Part shown: piece after piece, positions 19,561-29,570 of the stretch | How the letters are laid out: each line of letters opens with the position of its first letter | Numbering within the stretch: the first letter of the stretch is position 1 | NCBI GenBank assembly: GCA_947494115.1 | Contig: CANLTT010000001.1 | Coordinates: 192-64,191, forward strand | DNA: 64,000 bases | Source: Candidatus Caenarcanales bacterium | Lineage (GTDB): Bacteria; Cyanobacteriota; Vampirovibrionia; Caenarcaniphilales; Caenarcanaceae | Direction of reading: 5' to 3' | Notes under the pieces: model-generated | Databases searched by the model: none | The model's input: only the letters and a program-made list of their open reading frames with translations | What the model was told of the DNA's origin: nothing | Made by a program: the position numbers and the translations under genes

Positions 19561-20451
19561 TTAAACGCCCATTCTTCTCTCTGTTGCCCAAAAACTGCTT
19601 GAACTGCTAAAAGCAATACCAGTTAAAGTTAAAATTATCAAAATTTGAGTTAGCTCATCAGCACTAGGCCAAAATAGCTCGATCAAACCAAATTGTTGAG
19701 ACATTATTTTTTGCCAATTATATCTTGCAATGGCATCAATTGTAAGCAAAATAAAACCCGCTGTCAGAGAGCTAACTAAACCATATAAAATTCCTTGCAA
19801 AATAAAAGGCCCACGAATAAACCAATTAGTAACACCCATAAAACGTAATAAGCTTAATTCCTCTTTGCGTGCTCTAATCACCAGCTCAATTGTATTAAAA
19901 TTAATTACAAAAGTAGCGGCCGCTAAAAGCGTAGAAATAAAAGTGCCCAGCAAAATTAATAAATGCTTCACGACATTCAATTTGCGCACCATGGTAGGAG
20001 CATAACTAATATGTTCAATTTCACTTTGCCAACTATTTATTTTGCGAATCAAAGGAGCGGCATCTTGAGGCCTTTTAACCCGAATAGTAAGCGTATTTGG
20101 CATATCATTCAAAGAATCATCCAGTTCAATTTGCAATAGTTTGCGAGTTTGTTCCCAAGCTTCTTGTCTGGTGGTGAGCTTTATAGAAGTAACTTCGCCA
20201 AAGTGTTTAAGTCTGGTAACCATTTTTAGCGGATCAGATTTGTCTTTTAAGTGAACTGAAAATTCGGTTTGTGAGCCAAGCAAATTGCCCGCTATTTTTT
20301 TGAGGCTAACGCTCAATTCAAGCATAATGCCAAACACAATTAAAGTAGACATTAAAATACTAATAATTACAATATTTAGCCAGCCACTCCGCCAAAGCCC
20401 TAAACCAGCTTCAGCAAAAATACGGCCTAACATTCTTAAAAAACGCATCAT
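19561..20451 (-). CDS. ftsX: Cell division permease FtsX
   Basis: Four-TM FtsX topology located immediately downstream of ftsE with a 4-bp overlap. Confidence 0.8.
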   Translation of the reverse strand: MMRFLRMLGRIFAEAGLGLWRSGWLNIVIISILMSTLIVFGIMLELSVSLKKIAGNLLGSQTEFSVHLKDKSDPLKMVTRLKHFGEVTSIKLTTRQEAWEQTRKLLQIELDDSLNDMPNTLTIRVKRPQDAAPLIRKINSWQSEIEHISYAPTMVRKLNVVKHLLILLGTFISTLLAAATFVINFNTIELVIRARKEELSLLRFMGVTNWFIRGPFILQGILYGLVSSLTAGFILLTIDAIARYNWQKIMSQQFGLIELFWPSADELTQILIILTLTGIAFSSSSSFWATERRMGV

Positions 20452-21140
20452 ACTGCTAAACTCCCAAACATTGGTAAATTGCTAGGCTCTGTATCCATGA
20501 TAATTTGTCCGCCGCCAAGTTGCACAATTCTTTTGCCTAACTGATGAACCCGTGGATCGTGAGTGGCGATAATCATTGTCATTTTAAGTTTTTCATTAAT
20601 TTCTTTGAACAATTGAAATATTTTTAATGAATTCACTGGATCAAGGTTTCCAGTCGGTTCATCAGCTAGCAAAACTGGTGGGCTAGTAACAATCGCTCTG
20701 GCAATGCCAACACGCTGACGCTCACCCCCAGATAAATGCTGTGTCATTTCTTTTGCTCTTTCTAAAAGGCCAACTACATTTAAAGCACCTTCAACTCTAA
20801 AACGAATTTCTCTTTCGCTGGCTCCTTGCGCTCTTAGAATATAAGCCACATTATCAAAAACGCTTAAATGCGGCAATAAACTAGCATCCTGAAAAATCAA
20901 GCCGATGCGCCGTCTAAGTTTTGAATAATCGGTTAAGCGGCTTACGTCAACTCGTCCAATTAAAACACGCCCAAAAGAAAAATCCTCGGCTTTATATAAA
21001 AGCTTCATAAGCGTAGATTTGCCAGCGCCGCTCTCACCAATCAGAAAAACCATTTGTCCAGCGGGAATATGCAAGCTAACATCTTTTAAAGCGGTTTGGC
21101 CATTGCTATACTCTTTATAAATTCGATATAACTCAATCAT
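20448..21140 (-). CDS. ftsE: Cell division ATP-binding protein FtsE
   Basis: ABC ATPase with Walker A (GESGAGKST), the LSGGERQRVGIARA signature, and Walker B (LLADEPTGNLD). Confidence 0.9.
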   Translation of the reverse strand: MIELYRIYKEYSNGQTALKDVSLHIPAGQMVFLIGESGAGKSTLMKLLYKAEDFSFGRVLIGRVDVSRLTDYSKLRRRIGLIFQDASLLPHLSVFDNVAYILRAQGASEREIRFRVEGALNVVGLLERAKEMTQHLSGGERQRVGIARAIVTSPPVLLADEPTGNLDPVNSLKIFQLFKEINEKLKMTMIIATHDPRVHQLGKRIVQLGGGQIIMDTEPSNLPMFGSLAV

Positions 21141-21165
21141 CTAAACAATTATATTTAGCTTTGCC

Positions 21166-21678
21166 ATGAAACACAACAATTTAATATTAATCGGTATGAT
21201 GGGAACTGGTAAATCCACAATTGGTCAGCTTTTAGCCGAAAATTTAAATTTAAACTTTATTGATTCAGACCGTGAACTCGAAAAATATTTTGCCAAAAGC
21301 ATTGCACAAGTTTTTGCTGAGTTTGGCGAAAAAACCTTTAGGCAAGCCGAAACTCAGCAATTGTTAAATTTAGAAAACAATTTTGTGCTTTCAACGGGTG
21401 GCGGCCTTATTTTAAAAGAAGAAAACCGTAAAATCTTAAAAAACTTAGGCTTTATTCTTTGGCTTAAGGCTTCTCATTGGGCTATTTATGAAAGAATAAA
21501 AACCGATTCTGAAAGACCTTTATTAAAAGCTAATACCGAAGAAGAAAAACTAAATAAAATTCAAAAAATTCTTTCGCAAAGAGAAGATTTATATGCTGAA
21601 ATTGCTGATTTAACCATAGAAACCGACAATTTACAACCAAATCAAATTTTAGAAATTATTTTAACAAAATTAAATTAA
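21166..21678 (+). CDS. aroK: Shikimate kinase
   Basis: Contains LILIGMMGTGKSTIGQLLA and FIDSD. Confidence 0.85.
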   Translation: MKHNNLILIGMMGTGKSTIGQLLAENLNLNFIDSDRELEKYFAKSIAQVFAEFGEKTFRQAETQQLLNLENNFVLSTGGGLILKEENRKILKNLGFILWLKASHWAIYERIKTDSERPLLKANTEEEKLNKIQKILSQREDLYAEIADLTIETDNLQPNQILEIILTKLN

Positions 21679-22577
21679 AGTGTTTGCTCTCCACCACCAC
21701 ATTTAGCAGTCAGCAGTGTCGATAAATTAAGCGATAAAGTAGCATTATAAGAACCACCTTTGCATTTCACCCCAGATGGAGTAGGTGCTCCCCACGCTGT
21801 TTCTCCTACCAATTCAACTTTTTTAGAGTCTACTTTTATACTTGTAATTTTAATCGTATTTGTTTTTCCGCTACTCAAGGTTCCTCTTAAATAAGTTCCA
21901 GCAACTTGAGCTCCAGTAGCACCATCTAGTTTTGCAATATAAGAAGCCGCTGGCCCGCCACCATTACCATAGCTTTTTTGAAACGGAACAGGTGAAGCTG
22001 GAGGAATAAAGCCAGTATAACTTCCACCATCGGTTGTGCAGGCTAAATAAATAAACTCTTTTCCATTTTCTTTCAAAAGAGCTACACCGCCAGTGCATTT
22101 TTCATCTGGAGTGCTTTTACTGCCACCGCCAGTTAATCTTTTATTCCAACAAACATTGCCTTGTTTATCGGCTTTGATCGCAAAAGCATCTTGGTCATCT
22201 TTTGTCATTTGTTGATAACCAGCATAATAAATATAATCACCCGAAGTTACTGATTTATATTTGCCTTCACTGCCTTTATAATTGCTTAAACTGCTTAATT
22301 TGCCAGCTTTACAAGTTGTGGTCGGTGTGGTGGTTGGCGTAGTTGGTGTGCTTGGTGTTTGAGCTGGAGGCACAGAAGCAACTGTATTACTTGAAGATGA
22401 TGGAATAACATTTTGTCGTGAAATCGGCGGCAAATTTATTCTAGTTTCAGTTGTTTTGATTTCAGTTGAAGACTCTGTTGTTGTTTTGGGGCCAAGAAAA
22501 CCCATAGAAAAAATAGAATTATTGGCAATCAGCAAAAAGCTAGATAATACCGAAAGCAGGAGAATTTTCTTTTTCAT
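21675..22577 (-). CDS. Secreted hypothetical protein with a Thr/Pro-rich linker
   Basis: Has an N-terminal signal peptide (MKKKILLLSVLSSFLLIA) and a PTTPTTTPTTT linker. The Cys-containing globular domain is of unknown family. Confidence 0.4.
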   Translation of the reverse strand: MKKKILLLSVLSSFLLIANNSIFSMGFLGPKTTTESSTEIKTTETRINLPPISRQNVIPSSSSNTVASVPPAQTPSTPTTPTTTPTTTCKAGKLSSLSNYKGSEGKYKSVTSGDYIYYAGYQQMTKDDQDAFAIKADKQGNVCWNKRLTGGGSKSTPDEKCTGGVALLKENGKEFIYLACTTDGGSYTGFIPPASPVPFQKSYGNGGGPAASYIAKLDGATGAQVAGTYLRGTLSSGKTNTIKITSIKVDSKKVELVGETAWGAPTPSGVKCKGGSYNATLSLNLSTLLTAKCGGGEQTL

Positions 22578-22692
22578 TTTTAATTAATTATTTAAGGTCT
22601 CTTGCTTAATCTTAGCTTTAATTTGAAAATCTAAAAACCACAAGACAAATCTAAAACTGGCTTCACTTTGCTAAACTAATTGATACTAAATT

Positions 22693-23715
22693 TTGTATTT
22701 ATTCATGTCATCAGAATGTGGTGTTAAGAAGCAAATTGAAGTGGAAGCTTATAATAAATTTCACTGGACAGCCCCAGAAGTTAAATTGTTTTCTGGTCGA
22801 GCAAATGCCCCTTTAGCTCAAGATATTGCTTCTTATTTAGGCAGTTCTTTGGGCAAAGTAAATATTTCACCTTTCGCTGATGGTGAGCTTTATGTAAAAG
22901 TTCTTGAAAGTGTGCGTGGCGATGATGTTTTTATTATTCAGCCAACTTGTCCGCCCGTCAACGAAAGCTTAATGGAATTATTAATTTTAACTGATGCCCT
23001 AAAAAGAGCTAGTGCTGAGCGAATTAATGTTGTAATGCCTTATTTTGGTTATGCTCGCCAAGACCGCAAAGCCACAGGCCGAGAACCAATTACGGCCAAA
23101 CTTATTGCCGATCTTTTGTGCACAGCTGGCGTTCATCGCATTATAGCCCTAGACCTTCATGCTACGCAGATAATGGGCTTTTTTGATACTTTAGTTGATC
23201 ATTTGTTTGCAAGCCCAGTTTTGGCGCAACATATCAAAGAATTAAACTTAAATGACTTGGTGGTTGTAAGCCCAGATGTTGGCGGTGTTACCAGAGCCAG
23301 AGCTTTTGCCAAAAGATTAGACGAAGCACCGCTTGCCATCATAGATAAAAGACGTTCGCATACCACCAAAAATACCGTTGAAGTTTTTAATTTAATTGGT
23401 GATGTTAAAGGCAAATCTTGCGTAATTGTAGATGATATTATTGACACAGCGGGCACAGTCTGCAAAGCGAGCGAATTGCTTTTAGAAAAAGGAGCCCGTG
23501 ATGTTTATGTTTGCGCCACTCATTTATTGCTTTCGGGTAATGGTGCCAGCAATATTCAAAACTCGCCCATAAAAAAATTAATTGGAACCAATTCTATTCC
23601 AGTTGCGCCTGAACGCCAAATTTCAAAATTAGAACAAATTTCAGTTGCACCACTACTTGCAGAGGCCATTTGCCGTATTCACAACCGAGACACTGTCAGT
23701 TCTATGTTTGAATAA
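22693..23715 (+). CDS. prs: Ribose-phosphate pyrophosphokinase
   Basis: PRPP synthetase motifs are present: GYARQDRK and DLHA. The PRPP-binding loop VVVSPDVGGVTRARAFAKRL is present. The true start may be the downstream Met at 22705. Confidence 0.9.
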   Translation: MYLFMSSECGVKKQIEVEAYNKFHWTAPEVKLFSGRANAPLAQDIASYLGSSLGKVNISPFADGELYVKVLESVRGDDVFIIQPTCPPVNESLMELLILTDALKRASAERINVVMPYFGYARQDRKATGREPITAKLIADLLCTAGVHRIIALDLHATQIMGFFDTLVDHLFASPVLAQHIKELNLNDLVVVSPDVGGVTRARAFAKRLDEAPLAIIDKRRSHTTKNTVEVFNLIGDVKGKSCVIVDDIIDTAGTVCKASELLLEKGARDVYVCATHLLLSGNGASNIQNSPIKKLIGTNSIPVAPERQISKLEQISVAPLLAEAICRIHNRDTVSSMFE

Positions 23716-23880
23716 TTAGGGGAACTTTTTAAGTAAATAGAGCTTCTTTTTAAACTAGGAAAATTGTTTTTATACTGAAAGTTGGTTTTCATATTGCTTA
23801 CTATAAAGTTTTAAGTAAAGAGAGCTTTAATAAGTGATAAAAATTAGCTTGCGGGGCATAACCTATATAAATAAATCATC

Positions 23881-24531
23881 ATGAAACATAAATTTTTAAA
23901 GAGCTTTTTGTTTTCACTTTGTCTATTAGGGCAAGCTGGTTTTGCCTCTGATGCTTATTCGGGCGCATATGGAAAACAAGCTGTCATGAGTCCCGCCAGC
24001 ACAAGCTTGTCTTTAGGTAATGCCAACACTATGCCTCAGCAAAACCCCTCTAATTATGCGCAAGGCAATGGCGTTTATTTGACAGGCCAATCGGCAATGC
24101 CTCAACCAATGCCAGCTCAAGCAAATCCTTATTATGCTCCGCCACAAGCTCAAACTTATTCAAGCCCAGCCCAAGGCTATTATCCGCAAACCATGCCGCT
24201 GGATCCAATGGTTGGTTATGGAGCAAACAGTTATACCGCTTATAAACCAGTTTATGGACAGCCGCCCCAAATGGTTCAAAGAAATAGCGTAAATTATGGC
24301 GAACCCAATAATTACCCATATCGCAGAACCCCCGAAGTTGTTTTAAACCCTAATTCAATGACTGGTTATAATCCCGAAGCTGGAAAACCACAGTCAAGCG
24401 TTATGAATATTTTAAATGGTATTGGTGGCTCTCAAAGACCAAATGGCAATTGGCTTCAAAGAGTTTTTCATCGTAATGACTCCAATAATACGGCTATAGC
24501 TTCACCCGATCAAAGAGCTTTTGGCTGGTAA
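23881..24531 (+). CDS. Secreted low-complexity (Q/P/Y/N-rich) hypothetical protein
   Basis: A signal peptide is followed by YYAPPQAQTYSSPAQGYYPQT-type low-complexity sequence. Confidence 0.4.
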   Translation: MKHKFLKSFLFSLCLLGQAGFASDAYSGAYGKQAVMSPASTSLSLGNANTMPQQNPSNYAQGNGVYLTGQSAMPQPMPAQANPYYAPPQAQTYSSPAQGYYPQTMPLDPMVGYGANSYTAYKPVYGQPPQMVQRNSVNYGEPNNYPYRRTPEVVLNPNSMTGYNPEAGKPQSSVMNILNGIGGSQRPNGNWLQRVFHRNDSNNTAIASPDQRAFGW

Positions 24532-24872
24532 GTAAAGAGGAAGATAGGGATTCCACCAGACAGAAGATTGATTTTTTTACAAGCAGATTCAAGTGCCATT
24601 ATCTGTCTTAGTTGTTCCTCTAAATTGCTACATTCTTGAGATTCTTGCGGTTTTCGCTTGATTAAAGCAATGCTCCAAATAAATTTTAAGTTTATTTTAA
24701 CTTTCAGAACTGACTACGGTACAAAACTCTGAAATAACCAATTGAGAGAGTCTGTTTTCTAGAGAATTTCAATTTAAAAGCCCTTTGGCTCAACTGAAGT
24801 AAACCCCACCTAAAGCCGCATTTACGAGGTGGAGATGACAGATTAGCTCTAACTATTCTAACACAAAAAAAC

Positions 24873-25040
24873 AATGAACTATCTTGGAATCGATGTCTCA
24901 AAAGACAAATTTGATGTTTTCATCAATGATCGAAGAGGTCAATTTGAAAACAATGAACATGGCTTCAAGGCTCTTCTTTCATGGCTAAAGAAAAAGAAAT
25001 TACTCATGTTCGTCAAATGGCTAAATTGGGCTAGCTGCTG
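24873..25040 (+). pseudogene. IS110-family transposase N-terminal fragment
   Basis: MNYLGIDVSKDKFDVFINDRRGQFENNEHGFKALLSWL matches the DEDD_Tnp_IS110 N-terminus (GIDVSK..LDV...F.N...G...L..WL). The ORF ends after about 55 aa. Confidence 0.6.
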
Positions 25041-25044
25041 ATTG

Positions 25045-25935
25045 TCAAATACCATAGATTTGATCTCTTGGTGTCTGATAAAAGGATCCAAATAAATCTC
25101 GGCAAGCAATTGAATGAGAAGAATTTTCATTGAGTGTTCGTATTGTGAAAGGTTTGCTGGGTAATAATATTAATGGTAAAGAGCCAGAATCTTGATCAAG
25201 TTGCTCGATTGAACCTAAAGGATCAATAATGATTTTGCCTCCCAAGCAACTTAAAAAAGCATGTGGGTTTTGATTTTCCCCTACAGATCCCATCCAGAAG
25301 GTGGATTGAACTCCTAGTTTATCAAGCAAATGCTTAAATAATATTGAATACTCTGCACATAAAGAATTGTTTTTGCAATCAGAAAGAGGCTTTATTTTGG
25401 CTCCAAGCTCCTTACCATAACTGTTAAAACTATTTGCACGTGCTGAAGAGTCTTGAGTAGGCTTTCCCAATAAAAACAAGCATTCTTCAGTAGCCTCGGC
25501 AACTGCAACAAAAACTTCTTTTACTTCTTTTGTTTGCATGTTTTGAGGAAATGTTTCCATTATTGGGGCAATAGCTTCTTCATATTGTTCTATGGTGTCA
25601 TGCAAATTGGCTTTATTAAATTTAGAATTAATATTAAAGTTTTGAAAATCACATTTTATAAATATTTTCCAATAGCTTGATATAGGGATGCAATCGCCTT
25701 CCTTGAGACTGTCCAAAATGCAACCATTGGCAATACCCGAAAGTTTATACAAATTCGGAGGTAATTGTAAAGAACTAAGCTTGTCATGAGCCATCTCAGT
25801 TACAATAAACGGTTCATCGTTTTTGTTTTTCCATAAGTTGAGTAATTTATCAGGAGGCAATTTTGTTTTTATGACAATTGGCTGTATTTTACGAACTGGC
25901 TTAAGTTGATTACCGTATATATAAAGATATGGCAT
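25045..25935 (-). CDS. Hypothetical protein with a transglutaminase-like cysteine-peptidase core
   Basis: Shows a Cys-His-Asp arrangement typical of transglutaminase-like domains: NSLCAEYSILFKHLLDKLGVQSTFWMGSV...NPHAFLSCLGGKIIIDPLG. Confidence 0.4.
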   Translation of the reverse strand: MPYLYIYGNQLKPVRKIQPIVIKTKLPPDKLLNLWKNKNDEPFIVTEMAHDKLSSLQLPPNLYKLSGIANGCILDSLKEGDCIPISSYWKIFIKCDFQNFNINSKFNKANLHDTIEQYEEAIAPIMETFPQNMQTKEVKEVFVAVAEATEECLFLLGKPTQDSSARANSFNSYGKELGAKIKPLSDCKNNSLCAEYSILFKHLLDKLGVQSTFWMGSVGENQNPHAFLSCLGGKIIIDPLGSIEQLDQDSGSLPLILLPSKPFTIRTLNENSSHSIACRDLFGSFYQTPRDQIYGI

Positions 25936-26140
25936 AAATGAAATGAGACTTCGTAATAAGATTATATGGTATTTTATATTAACGCATTCTATAAAACAAA
26001 CGAGGTTAATTCACTAAAATCTCGTTTTTCTGACTTCGCTAGTCTCCTTTGAGTCAGGGATTCCACTTAACTTAACGCCATTGCTGCAGGTAGAGAGGAC
26101 TGGTGTTAAGATCAAAGAAATTGTTTTTATTTTTATAATA

Positions 26141-26962
26141 ATGCCAGAACTCCCAGAAGTAGAGACCGTAAGAAGAGGCCTTGAAAAGAATATTATTGGT
26201 CGCCAAATCAAAAAAATTATAATCAATAGGGCTAAAACAATTCAAAATCTCTCGGCTGATGAGTTTACTGAAAAATTAACTAATGGCATTTTTAAAAATA
26301 TAAGCCGCAAAGCCAAATATTTATTTTTAGAACTTGAAAGTGGGCAAGTGCTTTTGGTTCATTTGAAGATGTCTGGAGCTTTTTTAATTCAGAAATCCGA
26401 AACCGAACTTTCACAACACATACATGTAATTTTTGTTTTAGATAATGGCCTAGAGCTACGCTTTAAAGATTTAAGAGCTTTTGGAAGAATGAATTTATAT
26501 GAAAGCTCAAGTCAAGTTCCAAATTTGGCTTTAGCTCCAGAACCACTTGAAAAAGCTTTTACCTTAAAACACTTTGAACTTAGTTTGCAAAAATGTTCAG
26601 GCTCAATTAAAGCGATTTTATTAGATCAAAGAAAAGTGGTTTCGGGAATTGGCAATATTTACGCTGATGAAGCCTTATTTGCGAGCGGTATTAATCCAAA
26701 CAAAAAAGCCAATTTGCTTAATAAAAATGAAATACAAAAGTTATATAAATCAATTCAAGAAATTATAAAAGCCTCAATTGAAGCAGGCGGAACCACGATT
26801 AGAGATTATGTAAACACCGAAGGCAATTTAGGCGAATATGCTTTGCAATTATTTGTTTATGGCCAAAAGAAAAAAAACTGCAAAATTTGTGGCGAAAAAA
26901 TTCAATATATAAAGCTTGCCCAAAGAGGAACTCACTTTTGCCCAAATTGCCAAAAACCTTAA
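26141..26962 (+). CDS. mutM: Formamidopyrimidine-DNA glycosylase
   Basis: Canonical MPELPEVETVRRGL N-terminus with catalytic Pro2, and a C-terminal zinc finger CKICG...CPNCQ. The start was set at ATG 26141, an internal Met of the listed ORF. Confidence 0.9.
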   Translation: MPELPEVETVRRGLEKNIIGRQIKKIIINRAKTIQNLSADEFTEKLTNGIFKNISRKAKYLFLELESGQVLLVHLKMSGAFLIQKSETELSQHIHVIFVLDNGLELRFKDLRAFGRMNLYESSSQVPNLALAPEPLEKAFTLKHFELSLQKCSGSIKAILLDQRKVVSGIGNIYADEALFASGINPNKKANLLNKNEIQKLYKSIQEIIKASIEAGGTTIRDYVNTEGNLGEYALQLFVYGQKKKNCKICGEKIQYIKLAQRGTHFCPNCQKP

Positions 26963-28152
26963 AAAGCGCCAGCCAATAAAAAGAAAAAAGCGGTTTGTAC
27001 TTCGCTGTCTCCATACCAATTTTCAAATAAACCTTCTGCCAATAAAGCAATTAAACAAGCCAAATAAGGTAAGTTTTGTTTAAATCTTTGCCCTAATTGA
27101 TAAAAAGCCACCACCCACAAACTAAGCCAAACAAAAAAGCCCAATAAGCCGTTTAAGACGAGTTGTTGTAAAAAAATATTATGCGCATGGCCTAATTCTT
27201 GATAGAAGCATTGATATTTGACGGCTTGTCCTTGCCCAATTAAAGGCTGTTTTAAAAAACTTTGCCAATTTAATTTCCAAACTGCTATTCGGCAACCAAA
27301 ACCAGCTTTATCATTTTGCAAATTAAAAGAATTTTGGATTTTATTTTTAAATTTTTCTAAAAACAAATAAGCCCAAAGCAAAGTGCTGGCAAAACCAAAA
27401 CCTAAACCCAAACTTGTTTTGACCGGGATTTTTTTTAAGTTAAACAAAATATAAAAACCAATTCCAGCCAATAAAGCCAACCAAACTGCTCTTTGACTGA
27501 TTAAGATTAAAGCCAAAATATGCAAAATTAAACTTAAAACTAAAAACTTAGAAAAAACTTTATTTTTAAGGCGGCCAAATATTTTAAATAAACTTAAATT
27601 AATAAAAACACCAATCAATAATAAACCGCTAGTGGTGTAAGGTTGGCTTAAAAAACCCGAAAGTCTAAGATGATATTCACCAATTGGCAAACCCAAAGCT
27701 TGCAAACAAACAATTAGACCAATTATAAAACCAGCCAAAACAAAACAAAATTGGCTTAAGTGTTTGTATTTATTAGGTAAATTGGCAAAGCTCAAACTAA
27801 ACCAAAACCACGGCAAATAAAAGCGCAAATTGTCTTTCAAAAAAATTAAAAAAGGTTTTTCGGTTTTGAAATGCAAAAAATAAAAAATAAAAGCAAAAAC
27901 AATTTGCAAAATAATAATTTGATCGAAAGCATTTATAGCCTTTGGTCGGCAATTTTGTGAAACAAACCAAAAAACCAAACCCAAAATAAAAAATATCGAA
28001 ACCGCCGTTGGTGAAAAAAATAAACTAATCAAAAATAAAATTAAAAGACCAAAAGCAATTTTATTTAGGCAATTTTGCACACCAAGCCGCTCCTTTAATA
28101 TCTCCATTAATAGCCTTATAAGCATAATAAGCCGCTGTGGCCGCCTCGCCAA
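26959..28152 (-). CDS. O-antigen ligase (Wzy_C/RfaL) family polytopic membrane protein
   Basis: A protein with ten or more TM helices carrying the O-antigen ligase motif GHAHNIFLQQLVLNGLLG. The start is uncertain (Met at 28152, 28125 or 28107) and overlaps the 3' end of the upstream gene. Confidence 0.55.
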   Translation of the reverse strand: MARRPQRLIMLIRLLMEILKERLGVQNCLNKIAFGLLILFLISLFFSPTAVSIFFILGLVFWFVSQNCRPKAINAFDQIIILQIVFAFIFYFLHFKTEKPFLIFLKDNLRFYLPWFWFSLSFANLPNKYKHLSQFCFVLAGFIIGLIVCLQALGLPIGEYHLRLSGFLSQPYTTSGLLLIGVFINLSLFKIFGRLKNKVFSKFLVLSLILHILALILISQRAVWLALLAGIGFYILFNLKKIPVKTSLGLGFGFASTLLWAYLFLEKFKNKIQNSFNLQNDKAGFGCRIAVWKLNWQSFLKQPLIGQGQAVKYQCFYQELGHAHNIFLQQLVLNGLLGFFVWLSLWVVAFYQLGQRFKQNLPYLACLIALLAEGLFENWYGDSEVQTAFFFLLAGAF

Positions 28153-29056
28153 AACCAGTTATAATTAATTCGACTTTGCCTTCAAAATGAGCAATATCCC
28201 CGATTGCAAAAACATTCGCTAAATTGGTGGCATAACCCGCTTGAGGATTGACCAAAATTTTATTGTCTACAATTTCTAAGCCCCAGTTTTGCACTTCTCC
28301 TAAATTGGTTAAAAAGCCAGCACTTATAATGATATTGTCTATGGGAAGAGTTTCTTGGGTCTTTGTGCGATTGTCAAAAATGGTAACTTCTCGTACTTCG
28401 CCGTTTAGGCCTTTTATTTCTTGAATTTCATAAAAAGGTTTCATGCTCAATTCACCAGCATCTGCGGCACTTTTTACTTGATTAATTGTTCCGCCATGCG
28501 CTCTGTATTTGTCGCTACGGTGAATTTGTGTTAAGCTCGAAGCAATGTCTTTAAGGGCTAAGCACCAATCCATGGCACTGTCTCCGCCGCCTACAATAAG
28601 CACTTTTTTATTTTTAAAGACATCTAATTTTTTGACTGTATAAAAAATACCTTTTAAATCTTCGCCCGCAACATCTAATTTACGAGGTTCAAAAGCACCT
28701 TTACCAATTGCAATAATTATAACTTTGGCTTTTATAGTTTTTTCTTCGGCCGTAATTAAATTCCAGATTTGCTCATGATCTCTTTTTAAGCTTTTAATTG
28801 AAGTTCCTAAAGCGGTTTCATGTTCAACCTGATTCAATTGTTCGGTTAGTTTTTGGGTTAATTCTAGGCCAGTACAGCTTGAATGCGAAGCAATATCATA
28901 AATATTTTTTTCGGGGTAAAGTGTGCTACATTGGCCGCCCATGGTGTCAAGCACATCTATCAAAATTGGTTTTAAACCCCGGGTGCTGGCATAAAAAGCC
29001 GCCATCATTCCAACCGGGCCAGCTCCAATTACGGCAACATCATAAATTTTACTCAT
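28061..29056 (-). CDS. Ferredoxin-NADP+ reductase type 2 (thioredoxin-reductase-like, YumC type)
   Basis: Contains YDVAVIGAGPVGMMAAFYA and GGQCSTLYPEKNIYDIASH (YumC-like GGQLxxLYPEKYIYDV). A second GGGDSAMDW NADPH site is present. No TrxB CxxC active site is present. Confidence 0.65.
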   Translation of the reverse strand: MSKIYDVAVIGAGPVGMMAAFYASTRGLKPILIDVLDTMGGQCSTLYPEKNIYDIASHSSCTGLELTQKLTEQLNQVEHETALGTSIKSLKRDHEQIWNLITAEEKTIKAKVIIIAIGKGAFEPRKLDVAGEDLKGIFYTVKKLDVFKNKKVLIVGGGDSAMDWCLALKDIASSLTQIHRSDKYRAHGGTINQVKSAADAGELSMKPFYEIQEIKGLNGEVREVTIFDNRTKTQETLPIDNIIISAGFLTNLGEVQNWGLEIVDNKILVNPQAGYATNLANVFAIGDIAHFEGKVELIITGFGEAATAAYYAYKAINGDIKGAAWCAKLPK

Positions 29057-29219
29057 TATTTTTTTAAATTAGTTTAGCTAAATATTAATCTAAGCCAGTA
29101 TTTATAGGAAAGTTTTGCGCTTTCTTGAACCAATTTAAATGCCTTTGTACTAAAAGGTTTGATTCTTGAGATTAATTAGGCTAAGATAAAAGGCAAGCTT
29201 TTTGGTTTTCTTTTTATTT

Positions 29220-29570
29220 ATGTTAAGAACTTTTTGCCATTCAAAAATACATAGAGTCGCCATTACTTCGGTTAATTTAGAATATCAAGGAAGTATAACG
29301 GTTGATTCTGATTTGCTGGAGAAAGCCGATATAAAGCCATATGAACAAGTGCATGTTTTTGATATTAATAATGGCAATCGTTTTATAACATATGCTATTG
29401 AAGGCGAAAAAGGAAGCAAGGTTATTCAAATTAACGGTGCGGCCGCTCGTCTTTGCTCGGTTGGCGACTTAATTATCATTGTTAGTTATTGTCAACTCAG
29501 CTTAGAAGAAAGTCAGAATTTTAAACCTAAAGTTGTTTACGGCGATTCTCAAGAGGTGAAAAACAAATGA
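29220..29570 (+). CDS. panD: Aspartate 1-decarboxylase
   Basis: Carries the [29 protein letters not shown] self-processing N-terminus. Confidence 0.9.
   Translation: MLRTFCHSKIHRVAITSVNLEYQGSITVDSDLLEKADIKPYEQVHVFDINNGNRFITYAIEGEKGSKVIQINGAAARLCSVGDLIIIVSYCQLSLEESQNFKPKVVYGDSQEVKNK

Noticed and set aside
24547-26068. Shared 11-mer agggattccac at 24547 and 26058, considered as possible direct repeats flanking the IS110/transglutaminase segment
   Set aside because: An 11-bp match is expected many times by chance in 64 kb of AT-rich DNA, and IS110-family elements do not generate such repeats. It is not reported as a feature.
26081-26140. Upstream in-frame extension of mutM from the 26081 start
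   Set aside because: Fpg requires Pro2 as the catalytic N-terminal nucleophile after Met removal, and MPELPEVE begins at 26141. The upstream 20 codons are unlikely to be translated. The same logic was applied to tmk (start 4057 not 4117) and panD (29220 not the TTG at 29202).
28061-29056. Calling this gene thioredoxin reductase (trxB)
   Set aside because: The CxxC redox-active disulfide is absent, and the GGQ...LYPEK motif matches YumC-type ferredoxin-NADP reductases instead.
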